This document shows positions 8,549 to 18,034 of a stretch of DNA of 64,000 nt, piece by piece. The stretch is from the NCBI GenBank assembly GCA_965247485.1, contig OZ252017.1, positions 366,478 through 430,477 on the forward strand, written 5' to 3'. Below the pieces are notes generated by a model. The model was not told the DNA's origin. It ran no database searches and saw only the letters and a list, made by a program, of their open reading frames with translations. The position numbers and the translations under genes were made by a program. Origin of the DNA: Dehalococcoidia bacterium. Its GTDB lineage: Bacteria > Chloroflexota > Dehalococcoidia > DSTF01 > WHTK01. Within the stretch, counting starts at the first letter, position 1; each line of letters begins with the position of its first letter.

Positions 8549-10051
8549 ATGAATCAGCTCACGCTCAGAACCGCGGTTAGGGAGAAAATTGCCCTCGCCG
8601 CCGAGACTGACTTCACCCGCGTTAGGCCCTTCATAGTCCTGGGCTTGCTGTTTTTAGTTTTGCGCGCGCCTTTCCTCAATTACGGTCACGGAACAGACCC
8701 AGACGCCTGGCGCGTGGCCCTGACTGCCCATCACTTGCTCGATACCGGCGAGTATTTCCCCTCGCGCCTGCCCGGCAACCCATTGCACGAACTTGTGATG
8801 ACCCCGCTGATCGCCGGCGGCTGGGTGTCAACAAACCTGGCTACAGCCTTGGTTGCGCTGCTGGGTGTCTTTCTTTTCGCCATGATAGCCAAGCACCATC
8901 AATTGCCGCATCAAGGATTGCTAACGTTTGGCTTTGCATTTACGCCACTGCTGTTTATTAACAGCATTTCGACCATGGACTACATGTGGACGCTAACCGC
9001 AATCCTGGCCTCGTATCATTCGGTGCTACGGCGGCAGCCGGTTTGGGCCGGACTTTTCCTGGGTATCGCCATCGGCTTCCGCCTGCAAAGCTTCTTATTC
9101 TTTCCCCCTCTGGCGCTGCTTCTATGGCGCCAGGACCTCGGCCGGAGCATTCTTCCGTTTGGCCTCGCAGCGGCCGGCGCGGCATTGCTGGCTTTTGCCC
9201 CAGTCCTCGCTGTATACGGGCTAGATTTCTACAACTTTTTCGATACATCCGTAGCTGCCGAAGATGTCCTGCGCCTGCTTGGCAAGGAAGCACTAGGGGT
9301 GTTCGGCGGCCTGGGAGTGCTGGCAGCGGCGTTAGTCTCACGCCGTCAGCTTGCGCAGCTACCGCGAGACCTTGGCAAGGACCCGTTAGCCGCCGTATGG
9401 GTCCTGATCATCCTCCTCTACTTCGTCTCCTTTTCCAGGCTGCCACATGAGATCGCTTATCTGATTCCGATTTTTCCCTTTGCCTACTTCCTCATGGCTC
9501 AGTATTTCACGCGCCTCGCTCTGACAGGCGCGATCGGCGCCATACTTCTAGCCGGCGTCGTCGATCTGACTACACCTTCAGATTCGCTCAGTCTGTCTTC
9601 TCTCAGCACGGCGAAGATTGGACGCGGTCTGGTCCTATCCAACGCGCAGACAATGACCAGTCAACGTGAGTTCGTCGAGGAAGTTGTCAGTGCTGACCTG
9701 CCGAACCATTCGATCGTAATGACCGGTTTTATCTTCCCCCAGCTCGCTGTTCGTGAGCGCGGTCGCCTTGCAACCCGAATCCTAGAACGTGACTACGCTG
9801 CGATAAGCATGCTTTCCGACCGTGGTGAGGCGGCCGCCGACCAACGCGATGTCCGCTACGTCTGGCTTCTGACCTATGACACCTTTGATGCGCTGAGAAG
9901 CCAGGGTTATGCGTTCTTCCTGGTGCCGGACGCCGCCGGCGGCACAGCAGCCCTTTACGATTACCGTCCAAGCCTATTCGGTGCTACGTTCTTGCGACTA
10001 GATCAACAGAGGCCATCGTCGGGCAAAGGTGCCGCCAGCACCGATCGCTAA
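8549..10051 (+). CDS. Polytopic membrane protein, GT-C-like glycosyltransferase
   Basis: Many TM segments, acidic first loop (GTDPD), SRLPG and GFR motifs. Confidence 0.55.
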   Translation: MNQLTLRTAVREKIALAAETDFTRVRPFIVLGLLFLVLRAPFLNYGHGTDPDAWRVALTAHHLLDTGEYFPSRLPGNPLHELVMTPLIAGGWVSTNLATALVALLGVFLFAMIAKHHQLPHQGLLTFGFAFTPLLFINSISTMDYMWTLTAILASYHSVLRRQPVWAGLFLGIAIGFRLQSFLFFPPLALLLWRQDLGRSILPFGLAAAGAALLAFAPVLAVYGLDFYNFFDTSVAAEDVLRLLGKEALGVFGGLGVLAAALVSRRQLAQLPRDLGKDPLAAVWVLIILLYFVSFSRLPHEIAYLIPIFPFAYFLMAQYFTRLALTGAIGAILLAGVVDLTTPSDSLSLSSLSTAKIGRGLVLSNAQTMTSQREFVEEVVSADLPNHSIVMTGFIFPQLAVRERGRLATRILERDYAAISMLSDRGEAAADQRDVRYVWLLTYDTFDALRSQGYAFFLVPDAAGGTAALYDYRPSLFGATFLRLDQQRPSSGKGAASTDR

Positions 10052-11403
10052 TTGCTAACGCGAACTCGACGGCGAATTATGAAGAAACCAGTAGCACCTG
10101 ACCCCAAGACCACGACTACCACCGCAACAACAAGAGGCAAAGAGGACGACCCTGTATCGCCTTTCTCAGGCTCGGCCGTTACCGCATCCGGTGTAGGCTC
10201 AGTATTCGCTGGCGTGACTCCAACCTCTGGTGGCCCTTGCCCAGAACCCAGCGGAACCAAAGTAGGAATTGGCTCGTCGGAGGTTTGGTTGCCGTCGCCG
10301 CTTACGATCACCTCGGGCAGTCCCACACTCAGGCGCCAGGCATTTTCGAGGCCGAGGCCGTCGAAGCCATAGACTTCAGCCAGCGCGCCATCAAGGTTGT
10401 TCAGACGGAGCGCCGCGACAAACTCAGCGAACCTCTGCTCACCAAATTCCTCAATCATGAAGCCAACGATGGCGCCCGACTGGCCGTAAAACAAAGAAAC
10501 CGTGCCCGCCGCTCCTTGAGCCGAACCTGTCAGACTGGTTATCGGTAAGACAGCGTCCCGCCGGATGGCGATGGCAAGAGCCGCCTCCTCATCGGGCAGC
10601 AACTCACGTTGCGCGTAGGTCGAGATGCCTTCATTTATCCAACCGGGAAAAGCAATGTGGTTTTGGGTCGCCTGACCAGTGACGATATGGGCCAACTCGT
10701 GACGAACGATGTTGAGGAAATCAACATCTCGGGAAACCAGTGCCGTGTCAGAAGCGCCAACCTCACCCAAGGTCCGAACACTTGAGTCCGGACCTCGGCC
10801 GCGCCGCGCGGCAACAGCTGGCTGAAGGTCATCAGCGGTGGTGTAGACCCAGATCTTTATCTCAAAATCAACGCTGGTATCGAGCAGTGCGCTCAGGCTG
10901 TCTACAGTTTCACGTGCAATGCGCAGGACCGTTCTGTGTGTATCCTCACTGCCAAAGTAGAAATAGACCGTCAGATTGCCGTCTGAAATCGACTCCCAGT
11001 CAAACCGATCATCGTCATAGGTTGCTGTCATCTCTTCGGTCGAGAGGGTATTGCCGTCCTCGTCCTCGAGTTCCCAGTGGTAGACCACCTTGCCTCCGGG
11101 AACCAGGTTGCTCAGGTTCGTGTTGCCAACGCTGGCTTGACAGTTCACTACAAGGCCTGACGTGCACTGTGCACGCACCGAAGCAGAGGGACGATCCGGC
11201 AGAACCTTGTAGCGCAGCCGCACCGAGGTTATTTGGGCATCGCTCGCCGCAAAAACTGTGAACAAAATGCCATCGGGAAAGCGATTGCTTGTCGACTGAT
11301 TGCGGATTTCAATGCCATCCGCCGCAACTAGGTCATGCGAGACCACGCTGAAGGCGACAAGGATCAGGGCAAGAGCCGCCGCGAAGGCGAGAGCACGCCT
11401 CAC
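10048..11403 (-). CDS. Secreted, C-terminally anchored peptidase MA family zinc metalloprotease
   Basis: Signal peptide, HELAH + WINEG motif, Pro/Thr linker, C-terminal TM followed by RRR. Confidence 0.8.
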   Translation of the reverse strand: MRRALAFAAALALILVAFSVVSHDLVAADGIEIRNQSTSNRFPDGILFTVFAASDAQITSVRLRYKVLPDRPSASVRAQCTSGLVVNCQASVGNTNLSNLVPGGKVVYHWELEDEDGNTLSTEEMTATYDDDRFDWESISDGNLTVYFYFGSEDTHRTVLRIARETVDSLSALLDTSVDFEIKIWVYTTADDLQPAVAARRGRGPDSSVRTLGEVGASDTALVSRDVDFLNIVRHELAHIVTGQATQNHIAFPGWINEGISTYAQRELLPDEEAALAIAIRRDAVLPITSLTGSAQGAAGTVSLFYGQSGAIVGFMIEEFGEQRFAEFVAALRLNNLDGALAEVYGFDGLGLENAWRLSVGLPEVIVSGDGNQTSDEPIPTLVPLGSGQGPPEVGVTPANTEPTPDAVTAEPEKGDTGSSSLPLVVAVVVVVLGSGATGFFIIRRRVRVSN

Positions 11404-12501
11404 GTGGCGGTTCCTATCGTCGACCGCAAGTAAGCCATCATCAAGCCGTCAAGATCGCCATCCAGGATGGCAGCCGCGTTCGAGGTCTCGAAGTCCGTGC
11501 GATGGTCCTTAACCATCTTGTAGGGATGCAAAACATAGCTGCGAATCTGGTTTCCCCATCCGGCTTCGACGTGCTCTCCCTTGAGTTTAGCTTGCTCCTC
11601 CTGACGTCGCACCAGCTCCTGCTCAAGAAGACGTGACTCGAGCACGCGCATCGCCAACTCCTTGTTGCGTCCTTGTGATCGCTCGTTCTGACAGGTGACG
11701 ACAATGCCCGTGGGAAGATGGGTAATCCGAATCGCCGTAGCCACCTTTTGTACGTTTTGTCCCCCGTGCCCCGATGAGTGGTAAATGTCGATGCGCAAGT
11801 CCTCTTGCTTTATTTCCACGTCTACTTCGGCGTCCGCCTCGGGCATCACCTCAACTAAGGCGAAAGAGGTGTGTCGGGCATGAGCAGCATCGAACGGTGA
11901 GAGACGGACCAGCCGATGCACGCCGCGTTCGCCCTTGAGGTAGCCGTATGCTGACTGACCCTGGATCTCAACCGTCACGCTCTTGACCCCCGCTTCCTCA
12001 CCAAGCGTCGAATCAATTACCTCCGCCTTGAAGCCACGGGCCTCACACCAGCGGACGTACATTCTTAGCAGCATCTCTGCCCAGTCCTGGGATTCCGTGC
12101 CGCCGGCACCAGCGTGGATTGCCAGTATCGCGGTGCGCGCATCATAAGGGCCACCAAACGCCAACTGATCTTCCAGCTTGTCCAGTTGCCTCTCCGCCGC
12201 GTCTGCATCGAGAGAGATTTGAGAAATTAACTCATCCTCGGCCTCGGCTTGAGCAAGCTCAAGGAGACCGATAGCTTCGTCCACGCGGTGCGCGATTCCA
12301 CGCCAAGTGGAAGTGGTTTCGTTTAACGATGCAAGGCGACGCATTGCAGTTTGGGCCGAGGATTGGTCATCCCAGAAACCGGCCTCTTGTGATTTGGACT
12401 CAAGCTTCTGTGCCTCAAGTTCTAAATTTGCGACGTCAAAGACGCACCATTGCGTCTGAGATTCGCGCCGCTAGCACTGGTAAGAGCTCACCTGGTTCCA
12501 C
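11400..12501 (-). CDS. prfB: Peptide chain release factor 2, with programmed +1 frameshift
   Basis: SPF and GGQ motifs. GTG 12501 reads 21 codons to CTT-TGA-C (12441-12435); the +1 frame continues DVANLELEAQ...GFWDD into the long ORF. Confidence 0.95.
12435..12450 (-). other. prfB +1 frameshift site (ATGGTG CGT CTT TGA C)
   Basis: Canonical CTTTGAC slippery/stop site with an SD-like element just upstream. Confidence 0.9.
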
Positions 12502-12624
12502 GTTGAATGGCCTTTCCGCATTTATTCCGATCCTACGATTCAGTTTAGCAGCACCCTGCCTGCGAGCCTGTAACGTCGGCTCCTTCAGAAGATTTTACAA
12601 ATCAGGCTGTATGATTCATGAGGT

Positions 12625-13086
12625 TTGCGAACCTCTCATATTTCCGGACTTATTGCGGCTGTCCTGATTTTCGTCAGCATCACGGCGTGCGGTATCCAAT
12701 TCCGCAGTCCATCTGACGAGACGGAGCTTTTTAAGAGCATTGACCTGAGTGGGGATTTGCAACCCGGCGCCGAATTAACCGTAACGATTTTCCTGACGCG
12801 GTCCTATCCAGTACCTGTGATCATCGCCTGCTTTTATGAAATGCCGGCAAGATTAACCAAGGACCAGCAGAATGTAGCCTTCCACGAGCGAGCCACGAAG
12901 ATTGGCGAAACGCTGCTTCAGCCCCTTCCAGCAGCGAACCGATCTGAAGATCTGATTCTGGAAACCGTGACCTTCAAATTTGCCGTAGCCGATCCGGGTG
13001 ATTTCTTCCTTGCCTGCCTGACACCGGCCGCACCCGAAAATCGTCTCGACATCTCCTTCACTACTGTGGCCGGAATTTCAAACTAG
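12625..13086 (+). CDS. Hypothetical lipoprotein
   Basis: Hydrophobic signal ending in ITAC lipobox. Confidence 0.6.
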   Translation: MRTSHISGLIAAVLIFVSITACGIQFRSPSDETELFKSIDLSGDLQPGAELTVTIFLTRSYPVPVIIACFYEMPARLTKDQQNVAFHERATKIGETLLQPLPAANRSEDLILETVTFKFAVADPGDFFLACLTPAAPENRLDISFTTVAGISN

Positions 13087-13700
13087 GAGCTCGTCTCTTC
13101 CTTCATCAGCCGGGCCAATTCACGCCAATCCTGCTTCTGCTGCTCGTCTTGCCTATGGACTGTCGCCCGGCGGCCAACGTGGTAGAGCGGCATTAGGCGT
13201 CTGTTAAACCACGAAACCTCACGACCGCAGGAATCCTTCAAGGTCAGGTCATGTGATTCGATCTGCCCGAGCGCGAAAAGCGCGACCCCACCCAACGCGA
13301 CCACAATGCTAGGCTCAACGGCTGTCACTTGAGCGCGCAGGAACGGCAGACAGCGGCGGACCTCAGCCACCGAAGGCCTTCGGTTCCGACCCGGCGTGTC
13401 GAGGGGGTTGCAGAGAACTGCGTTGGTGACAAAGACGTTTTCTCGGCTGAGTCCAGCCAGCACCAGAAAGGCCTCGAAGCGGCGGCCCGATTCATCGCCG
13501 GAAAATGGAACGCCGGTGCGACCGGCACCAAGCCTTCCCGGCGCTTCGCCAACGAACATCACCTTCGCGCCCAAAGGTCCGTTGCCCTCGCTGAGCACGT
13601 GGCTGAAGGCCACGGATTCACAGACATAACAAGCCGCAACCTCGCCCACAAGGGTTTGGAATTCGGCACCCGTTTTCACATCGGTTGAGCCTGCCATCAC
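13083..13700 (-). CDS. Uracil-DNA glycosylase (family 4/5, Fe-S type)
   Basis: GEAPG, PF, TNAVLC, YH motifs and four Cys. Confidence 0.85.
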   Translation of the reverse strand: MMAGSTDVKTGAEFQTLVGEVAACYVCESVAFSHVLSEGNGPLGAKVMFVGEAPGRLGAGRTGVPFSGDESGRRFEAFLVLAGLSRENVFVTNAVLCNPLDTPGRNRRPSVAEVRRCLPFLRAQVTAVEPSIVVALGGVALFALGQIESHDLTLKDSCGREVSWFNRRLMPLYHVGRRATVHRQDEQQKQDWRELARLMKEETSS

Positions 13701-13848
13701 AGTATCCGATTCCTGAATTCCGCCGAGCCTATGGACCGCCGTACCGGGGAATGCGCCGAACCTGCTAACCTTGCCCGCGGCATTAGCGTGGACTTATCTA
13801 GTCCGGTTTGACCGAGTTAATCAGGCGCTGACATGATTAGTCAGCGCC

Positions 13849-14685
13849 TTGAGTGTTGAGTCCCTTCCCTACACCTTACTTCTCTTGCTGGCTCAGCTAA
13901 CAGCCGGGGTGGCAGCGCTCGTTTTTTTCGTTCTGCTACGGGGAACCTTTCAGGCCGGTTTTATCCGGGCCTGCAGCTGGATTATTGTCGCCTGTGCGGT
14001 TATGACAACTGCAACGGCGATGGTAGTCGATCCCACCTCAAGCGTGGAAAACTACGCTCTGGATGCGAGTTTGCTCGATCCGATTCGTGCCGTCGCCATG
14101 GCCCAACTGCTGTTCAGTCTCGTGTTTCTCGTCTACGTCCGCCGCACCGAAGAACCATTTCTTGCCTTTGCCACCGGAGCCACCACCGTTGGACTCGGGG
14201 CAATTTTGTTGGTCCTGCTCGCCTCGCTAGTTCGCATACCAGCCTGGAGCGTCGCCGGACCGCTCTTCACCCTTTTCACCGGAGCCGCGATCCTTGGGTC
14301 ATCAACGGTAGCGATGGTTTGGGGTCATTGGTATCTGGTGAACCCAAAGCTGGAAGAGGGGCCGCTGAACCAGCTTGTACTAATTACGCTTGCCGCAATT
14401 CTGCTTGGACTGGTGGCTACGGCGATTAACGCGATCATTCCGGTTGGTTCGCCGTTCGAGTCCAATGCGCTGCTCGCAATCGACCTTCCGCAGAATCCTG
14501 GGTTCTGGCTGCGTATCGGACTTGGTTTGATCTTCCCCGCGGGCCTGGCTTTCCTCGCCTTTGTTTCGAGCCGAGAGCGATCGATGATGTCCGCGACTGG
14601 ACTGCTGTACATCGCCGTCGGCTCCGTTCTCGCCGGTGAAGCAGTCGCAAGGGGTCTGATGTTCGTCACCGGCGCGCCCGTCTAA
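13849..14685 (+). CDS. Hypothetical multi-pass membrane protein
   Basis: About 8 TM segments, GHWYL and SATGLLY motifs. Confidence 0.75.
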   Translation: MSVESLPYTLLLLLAQLTAGVAALVFFVLLRGTFQAGFIRACSWIIVACAVMTTATAMVVDPTSSVENYALDASLLDPIRAVAMAQLLFSLVFLVYVRRTEEPFLAFATGATTVGLGAILLVLLASLVRIPAWSVAGPLFTLFTGAAILGSSTVAMVWGHWYLVNPKLEEGPLNQLVLITLAAILLGLVATAINAIIPVGSPFESNALLAIDLPQNPGFWLRIGLGLIFPAGLAFLAFVSSRERSMMSATGLLYIAVGSVLAGEAVARGLMFVTGAPV

Positions 14686-14744
14686 GTCCGTCCCGAAACG
14701 CTGGCAAAACAGTCGGGCCCGTGGAGCCACTTGGCTGGCGGTAG

Positions 14745-15236
14745 CTAACGAGACAGCGTCCAGCTCCGCGCAGTTTTCTCGATTAGCTTCGCCTGATCGC
14801 CGGTAGCGCGAAACAAGAGTGCACTTGCTTCAGCCAGGATCTTGCCGGGTTCGGCGCTTAATTCGGCGACAACATCAAGTGTGCGGCCACGGTCCCGTTC
14901 GATATGCCCGCGAACCAAAAGTGGCAGGCCGATCGGCACTGGCTGCCGAAAACGCGATTCCATTTTGCCTGTAAGCGCCCAGATCCCTACACCATAGGTC
15001 GCCCAGCCCATAGCCTCATCCAGCAGAGTCGTCACCACCCCGCCGTGAACAAAGCCCGGGTAACCTTGATGCTCCCTTTGGGCTTGGAATGAGGCCACGG
15101 CCCATCCATCAGCTTCCATCCGGAAGTGGAGGTGAAGACCGATCGGGTTGAGTTCGCCGCACGCGTAACACCAGCGCGCGAGATCTACTTCGTCATCAGC
15201 CTCGGTGGATTGAGGCGCGTTTACAGGGTCAGTCAC
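14745..15236 (-). CDS. PaaI family hot-dog thioesterase
   Basis: CYACGELNPIGL, HGG...LLDE. Confidence 0.85.
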   Translation of the reverse strand: MTDPVNAPQSTEADDEVDLARWCYACGELNPIGLHLHFRMEADGWAVASFQAQREHQGYPGFVHGGVVTTLLDEAMGWATYGVGIWALTGKMESRFRQPVPIGLPLLVRGHIERDRGRTLDVVAELSAEPGKILAEASALLFRATGDQAKLIEKTARSWTLSR

Positions 15237-15616
15237 AGGTTTACTTCAGTTCGACCCGAAATCAGCAACTCACCTTGCTGATTCGTACACTCTATCAAGT
15301 ATCTTTGGCGCCCTTCGGCGGCTCCGTCACTGGCGCTGGCACTGGCGGTAACAACGTCGCCAGGACGAGACGGCGCTCGAAACCGAACATCTAACTTGCC
15401 ACTTTCCAACCATTCACGGCCGAAAGTAGCCGTCATCATCTCGGAAACGATCGCCAGGACCAGCATCCCGTGGGCAATCGTCCCACCCATTGGCGTTGTT
15501 CTGGCGTAGTCCTCGTCAGTATGAATCGGGTTGTGGTCTCCGCTGGCCACGGCGTAGCCATTGATCATTTCCTGCTGCAAGGTCCGAACGACAGAACTGA
15601 CCGGGGGAGCACTCAT
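15233..15616 (-). CDS. MaoC family dehydratase, catalytic subunit (HadB-like)
   Basis: SGDHNPIH hydratase motif, IAHGM. Confidence 0.88.
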   Translation of the reverse strand: MSAPPVSSVVRTLQQEMINGYAVASGDHNPIHTDEDYARTTPMGGTIAHGMLVLAIVSEMMTATFGREWLESGKLDVRFRAPSRPGDVVTASASASDGAAEGRQRYLIECTNQQGELLISGRTEVNL

Positions 15617-16014
15617 GAACCGTCAACCGGAGACATCACCGTAGCCTTTGCAGTAGAAACCGTGCGCCCTTCGATAGATACCTCTGTCTCAAGCACTGAG
15701 ACTATCCAACCAGATCTCTGGGAACGCTGTGCAAGGCGGGCGTGGTATTCGACTGAATCTCCAATATTCACGGCTCCAAAGAAATCCACGCTTTCGTTCA
15801 CGTGGAGGCTGCCAGACGGCAGACCCACAGTTTCAAGCAAATTGCCAAGCGCAAAAGCGACAACGGCAAGTGGGGGCACAAGCCCGGCATCTTGGTAGAA
15901 AGACTGCGTGTCGCCGGTGGCTTGGATATAGCCTTCAACCCGCTTCGGTTCAATTTTGATGGCTACTGAATCGAAAACATGGCCGACTGGCAGATCGGCG
16001 ATCGTACCGGCCAC
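15613..16014 (-). CDS. MaoC/FAS1-like dehydratase N-terminal subunit (HadA-like)
   Basis: ATGD, VPP, LH motifs, no D-x4-H; ATGA overlap with the catalytic partner. Confidence 0.75.
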   Translation of the reverse strand: MAGTIADLPVGHVFDSVAIKIEPKRVEGYIQATGDTQSFYQDAGLVPPLAVVAFALGNLLETVGLPSGSLHVNESVDFFGAVNIGDSVEYHARLAQRSQRSGWIVSVLETEVSIEGRTVSTAKATVMSPVDGS

Positions 16015-16016
16015 TC

Positions 16017-16379
16017 TTAAACTACTGGGTCAGCCATATTGGCTCGGCCCCACTCTTCTAGACGAAGCAATGCGGCGCCAAGTTCTGTACCTTTTGATGT
16101 CAGATTGTATTCCACCCAAGGAGGCATGACTGCCACAACATTACGTTCGATTATGCCCAACTCTTCCAAACCTTTGAGACGGTCTCGCAGGGTCCGAGAG
16201 TTGCAACCACCGACAGCGCCGGCAAGCTCATTGAAACGCCGTTTGTCGCGCATTAACTCGTAAATAATTCGCGGCACCCATTTTTGGCCAAGCAGGGCCA
16301 ACGTCGCCCGAACCGGGCAATAGACAGACTCCTCATCCAAAGCCAGCCTGATATCCACCAGAATCGATGACGTTGACAC
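16017..16379 (-). CDS. HxlR family winged-helix regulator
   Basis: CPV...LGQKW, RFNEL, PPWVEYNLT. Confidence 0.9.
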   Translation of the reverse strand: MSTSSILVDIRLALDEESVYCPVRATLALLGQKWVPRIIYELMRDKRRFNELAGAVGGCNSRTLRDRLKGLEELGIIERNVVAVMPPWVEYNLTSKGTELGAALLRLEEWGRANMADPVV

Positions 16380-16427
16380 GCCGCTATTTTATAACATGTG
16401 CTGAGACGGTGAGAGCTAGAGAGACCC

Positions 16428-17339
16428 TTAGCGCGAGGCCTGTTGGTCTGGCTCACGACTCAGGACAACGACGCCTTCCGATTCAGTACGCGTAGCGCTT
16501 GTGTTCCGCTCCAGTGTGATCCACAAGTCAGTTACCGGCCCCTCTGCCTCCTCCGGGAACTCAATCAGCAATTGGGCCATACCATCGATGTCGGGAAGAA
16601 AATTGGCCACGCGGACCAATGTGTCACCTTTCGTTGCCCACAGCTCATAGGCCAATCCCAATGAAGTCGAAGGAAGGTCCGTGCATGTCAGCGCACCAAC
16701 CGATTGCTGAGTACTCCAAACGTAGATGCAGGTTGCGTCTGGGGCGAGAATATTGCCCTTGAGTTCGGTCGGAATCAACTCAGGATCGAGCGCGATAACA
16801 ATCAGCGTGGCTTGCTCTTCAAGCGTCGTCTCCAACCGTTCTTGCTGGTTCTTGGCGGAGGTTAGGTCACCCTGGAGTCGTAAAAGCGCAAACCTTTGCT
16901 CAGCGTCAAGCTCCGCAAGCTCCTCAAGCACCTGGTTGTCCTCCGCCAACCGCGTCACCTCATCGGCGAGCACTTGGTTGTCATTTTGCAGTTCCGTGAG
17001 TTTATTGGAGAGCGTCATCGCCCACGCCACGGCTCCAACCGCCAATCCAAGAATCAAGACGGCGGCCGCCGCTCCCAGCCAGGGACTCCTCAGACCGGAC
17101 CACCATTGCCTTGTCTCGCCGCCCTGCACGGCTCCCATGATTCGTTCTTTTAAACGGGACGGCGCGCCGTAGATTGGCACGACGAGGCTCAGTTGATCAG
17201 CCGCCATAGCATAGGCCTGGTGCTTAGCCTCACAATCCGGACAGGTTAGGATATGGGCCTTTAGCCGGGCCTCAGCCTCCGGGTCCAAAGCGCGAAGCGC
17301 AAGAGCTTCAAGGTCTTCCTGGAAACCTTCGCAGTTCAA
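16428..17339 (-). CDS. Anti-sigma factor (zinc-binding H-x3-C-x2-C, TM, RskA-like C-terminus)
   Basis: HILTCPDC, single TM, YELW...ITLE; overlaps the sigma gene. Confidence 0.85.
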   Translation of the reverse strand: MNCEGFQEDLEALALRALDPEAEARLKAHILTCPDCEAKHQAYAMAADQLSLVVPIYGAPSRLKERIMGAVQGGETRQWWSGLRSPWLGAAAAVLILGLAVGAVAWAMTLSNKLTELQNDNQVLADEVTRLAEDNQVLEELAELDAEQRFALLRLQGDLTSAKNQQERLETTLEEQATLIVIALDPELIPTELKGNILAPDATCIYVWSTQQSVGALTCTDLPSTSLGLAYELWATKGDTLVRVANFLPDIDGMAQLLIEFPEEAEGPVTDLWITLERNTSATRTESEGVVVLSREPDQQASR

Positions 17340-18034
17340 GAAGGATCGCTCCCCACGTCTCTTAAGTCGATGAGCATAGTACGGAGCTTTTGTAGTCCTA
17401 GCCTGATCCGGGTTTTAACTGTGCCAAGTGGCTGGCCCAGACTCTCGGAAATTTCTTGCTGGGTGAAACCTCCGAAGTAGGCCAATTGAATGACTAGCCG
17501 CTGGTCCGAAGGCAGACTGGTAAGAGCGGACTGGACGGCAATTCTTTCGTCAGTCGCGACTGCAGGATCCTGCCGGCTGGCGGCCGCTGGTGCGGCCGCC
17601 AGAATTTCCTCCACCGCCAAACTGGGAGGTTCCTCAAATCGGAACCTCCGACTACGGCTGCGCTGTTCGTCGATCGATCGATTGCGAGAAACGCTGAGCA
17701 GCCAAGTTAGAAACCGGCCGCGTCCAATGTCGTAAAGCTCTGGCCGTCGCCAGATGCGGAGAAACACTTCTTGAGTCAAATCTTCGGCCAGTTGGATATC
17801 ACGCACCATTCGCAGACACATTGAATAGACATAGCTTCCGTGCCGGTCGTAGAGGACCTCCATCCCCTTCACATCTCGTTGCGCCAACGCCTTGACCAAA
17901 CGTTCGTCGCTAGCAGAGGAGTACTCGGCTCCCGACAGACGTCCGTCCTTACTTCCGGCGTCCTCCCTTATGTCTACGTCCCACGCGGCAGGACGGATTG
18001 CTTTCTGTTTCTCGACAGGGGTATCCAATGACAA
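17336..18034 (-). CDS. ECF RNA polymerase sigma factor (SigK-like)
   Basis: AEDLTQEVFLRIW, TWLL, PLGTVKTRIRLGL. Confidence 0.9.
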   Translation of the reverse strand: MSLDTPVEKQKAIRPAAWDVDIREDAGSKDGRLSGAEYSSASDERLVKALAQRDVKGMEVLYDRHGSYVYSMCLRMVRDIQLAEDLTQEVFLRIWRRPELYDIGRGRFLTWLLSVSRNRSIDEQRSRSRRFRFEEPPSLAVEEILAAAPAAASRQDPAVATDERIAVQSALTSLPSDQRLVIQLAYFGGFTQQEISESLGQPLGTVKTRIRLGLQKLRTMLIDLRDVGSDPS

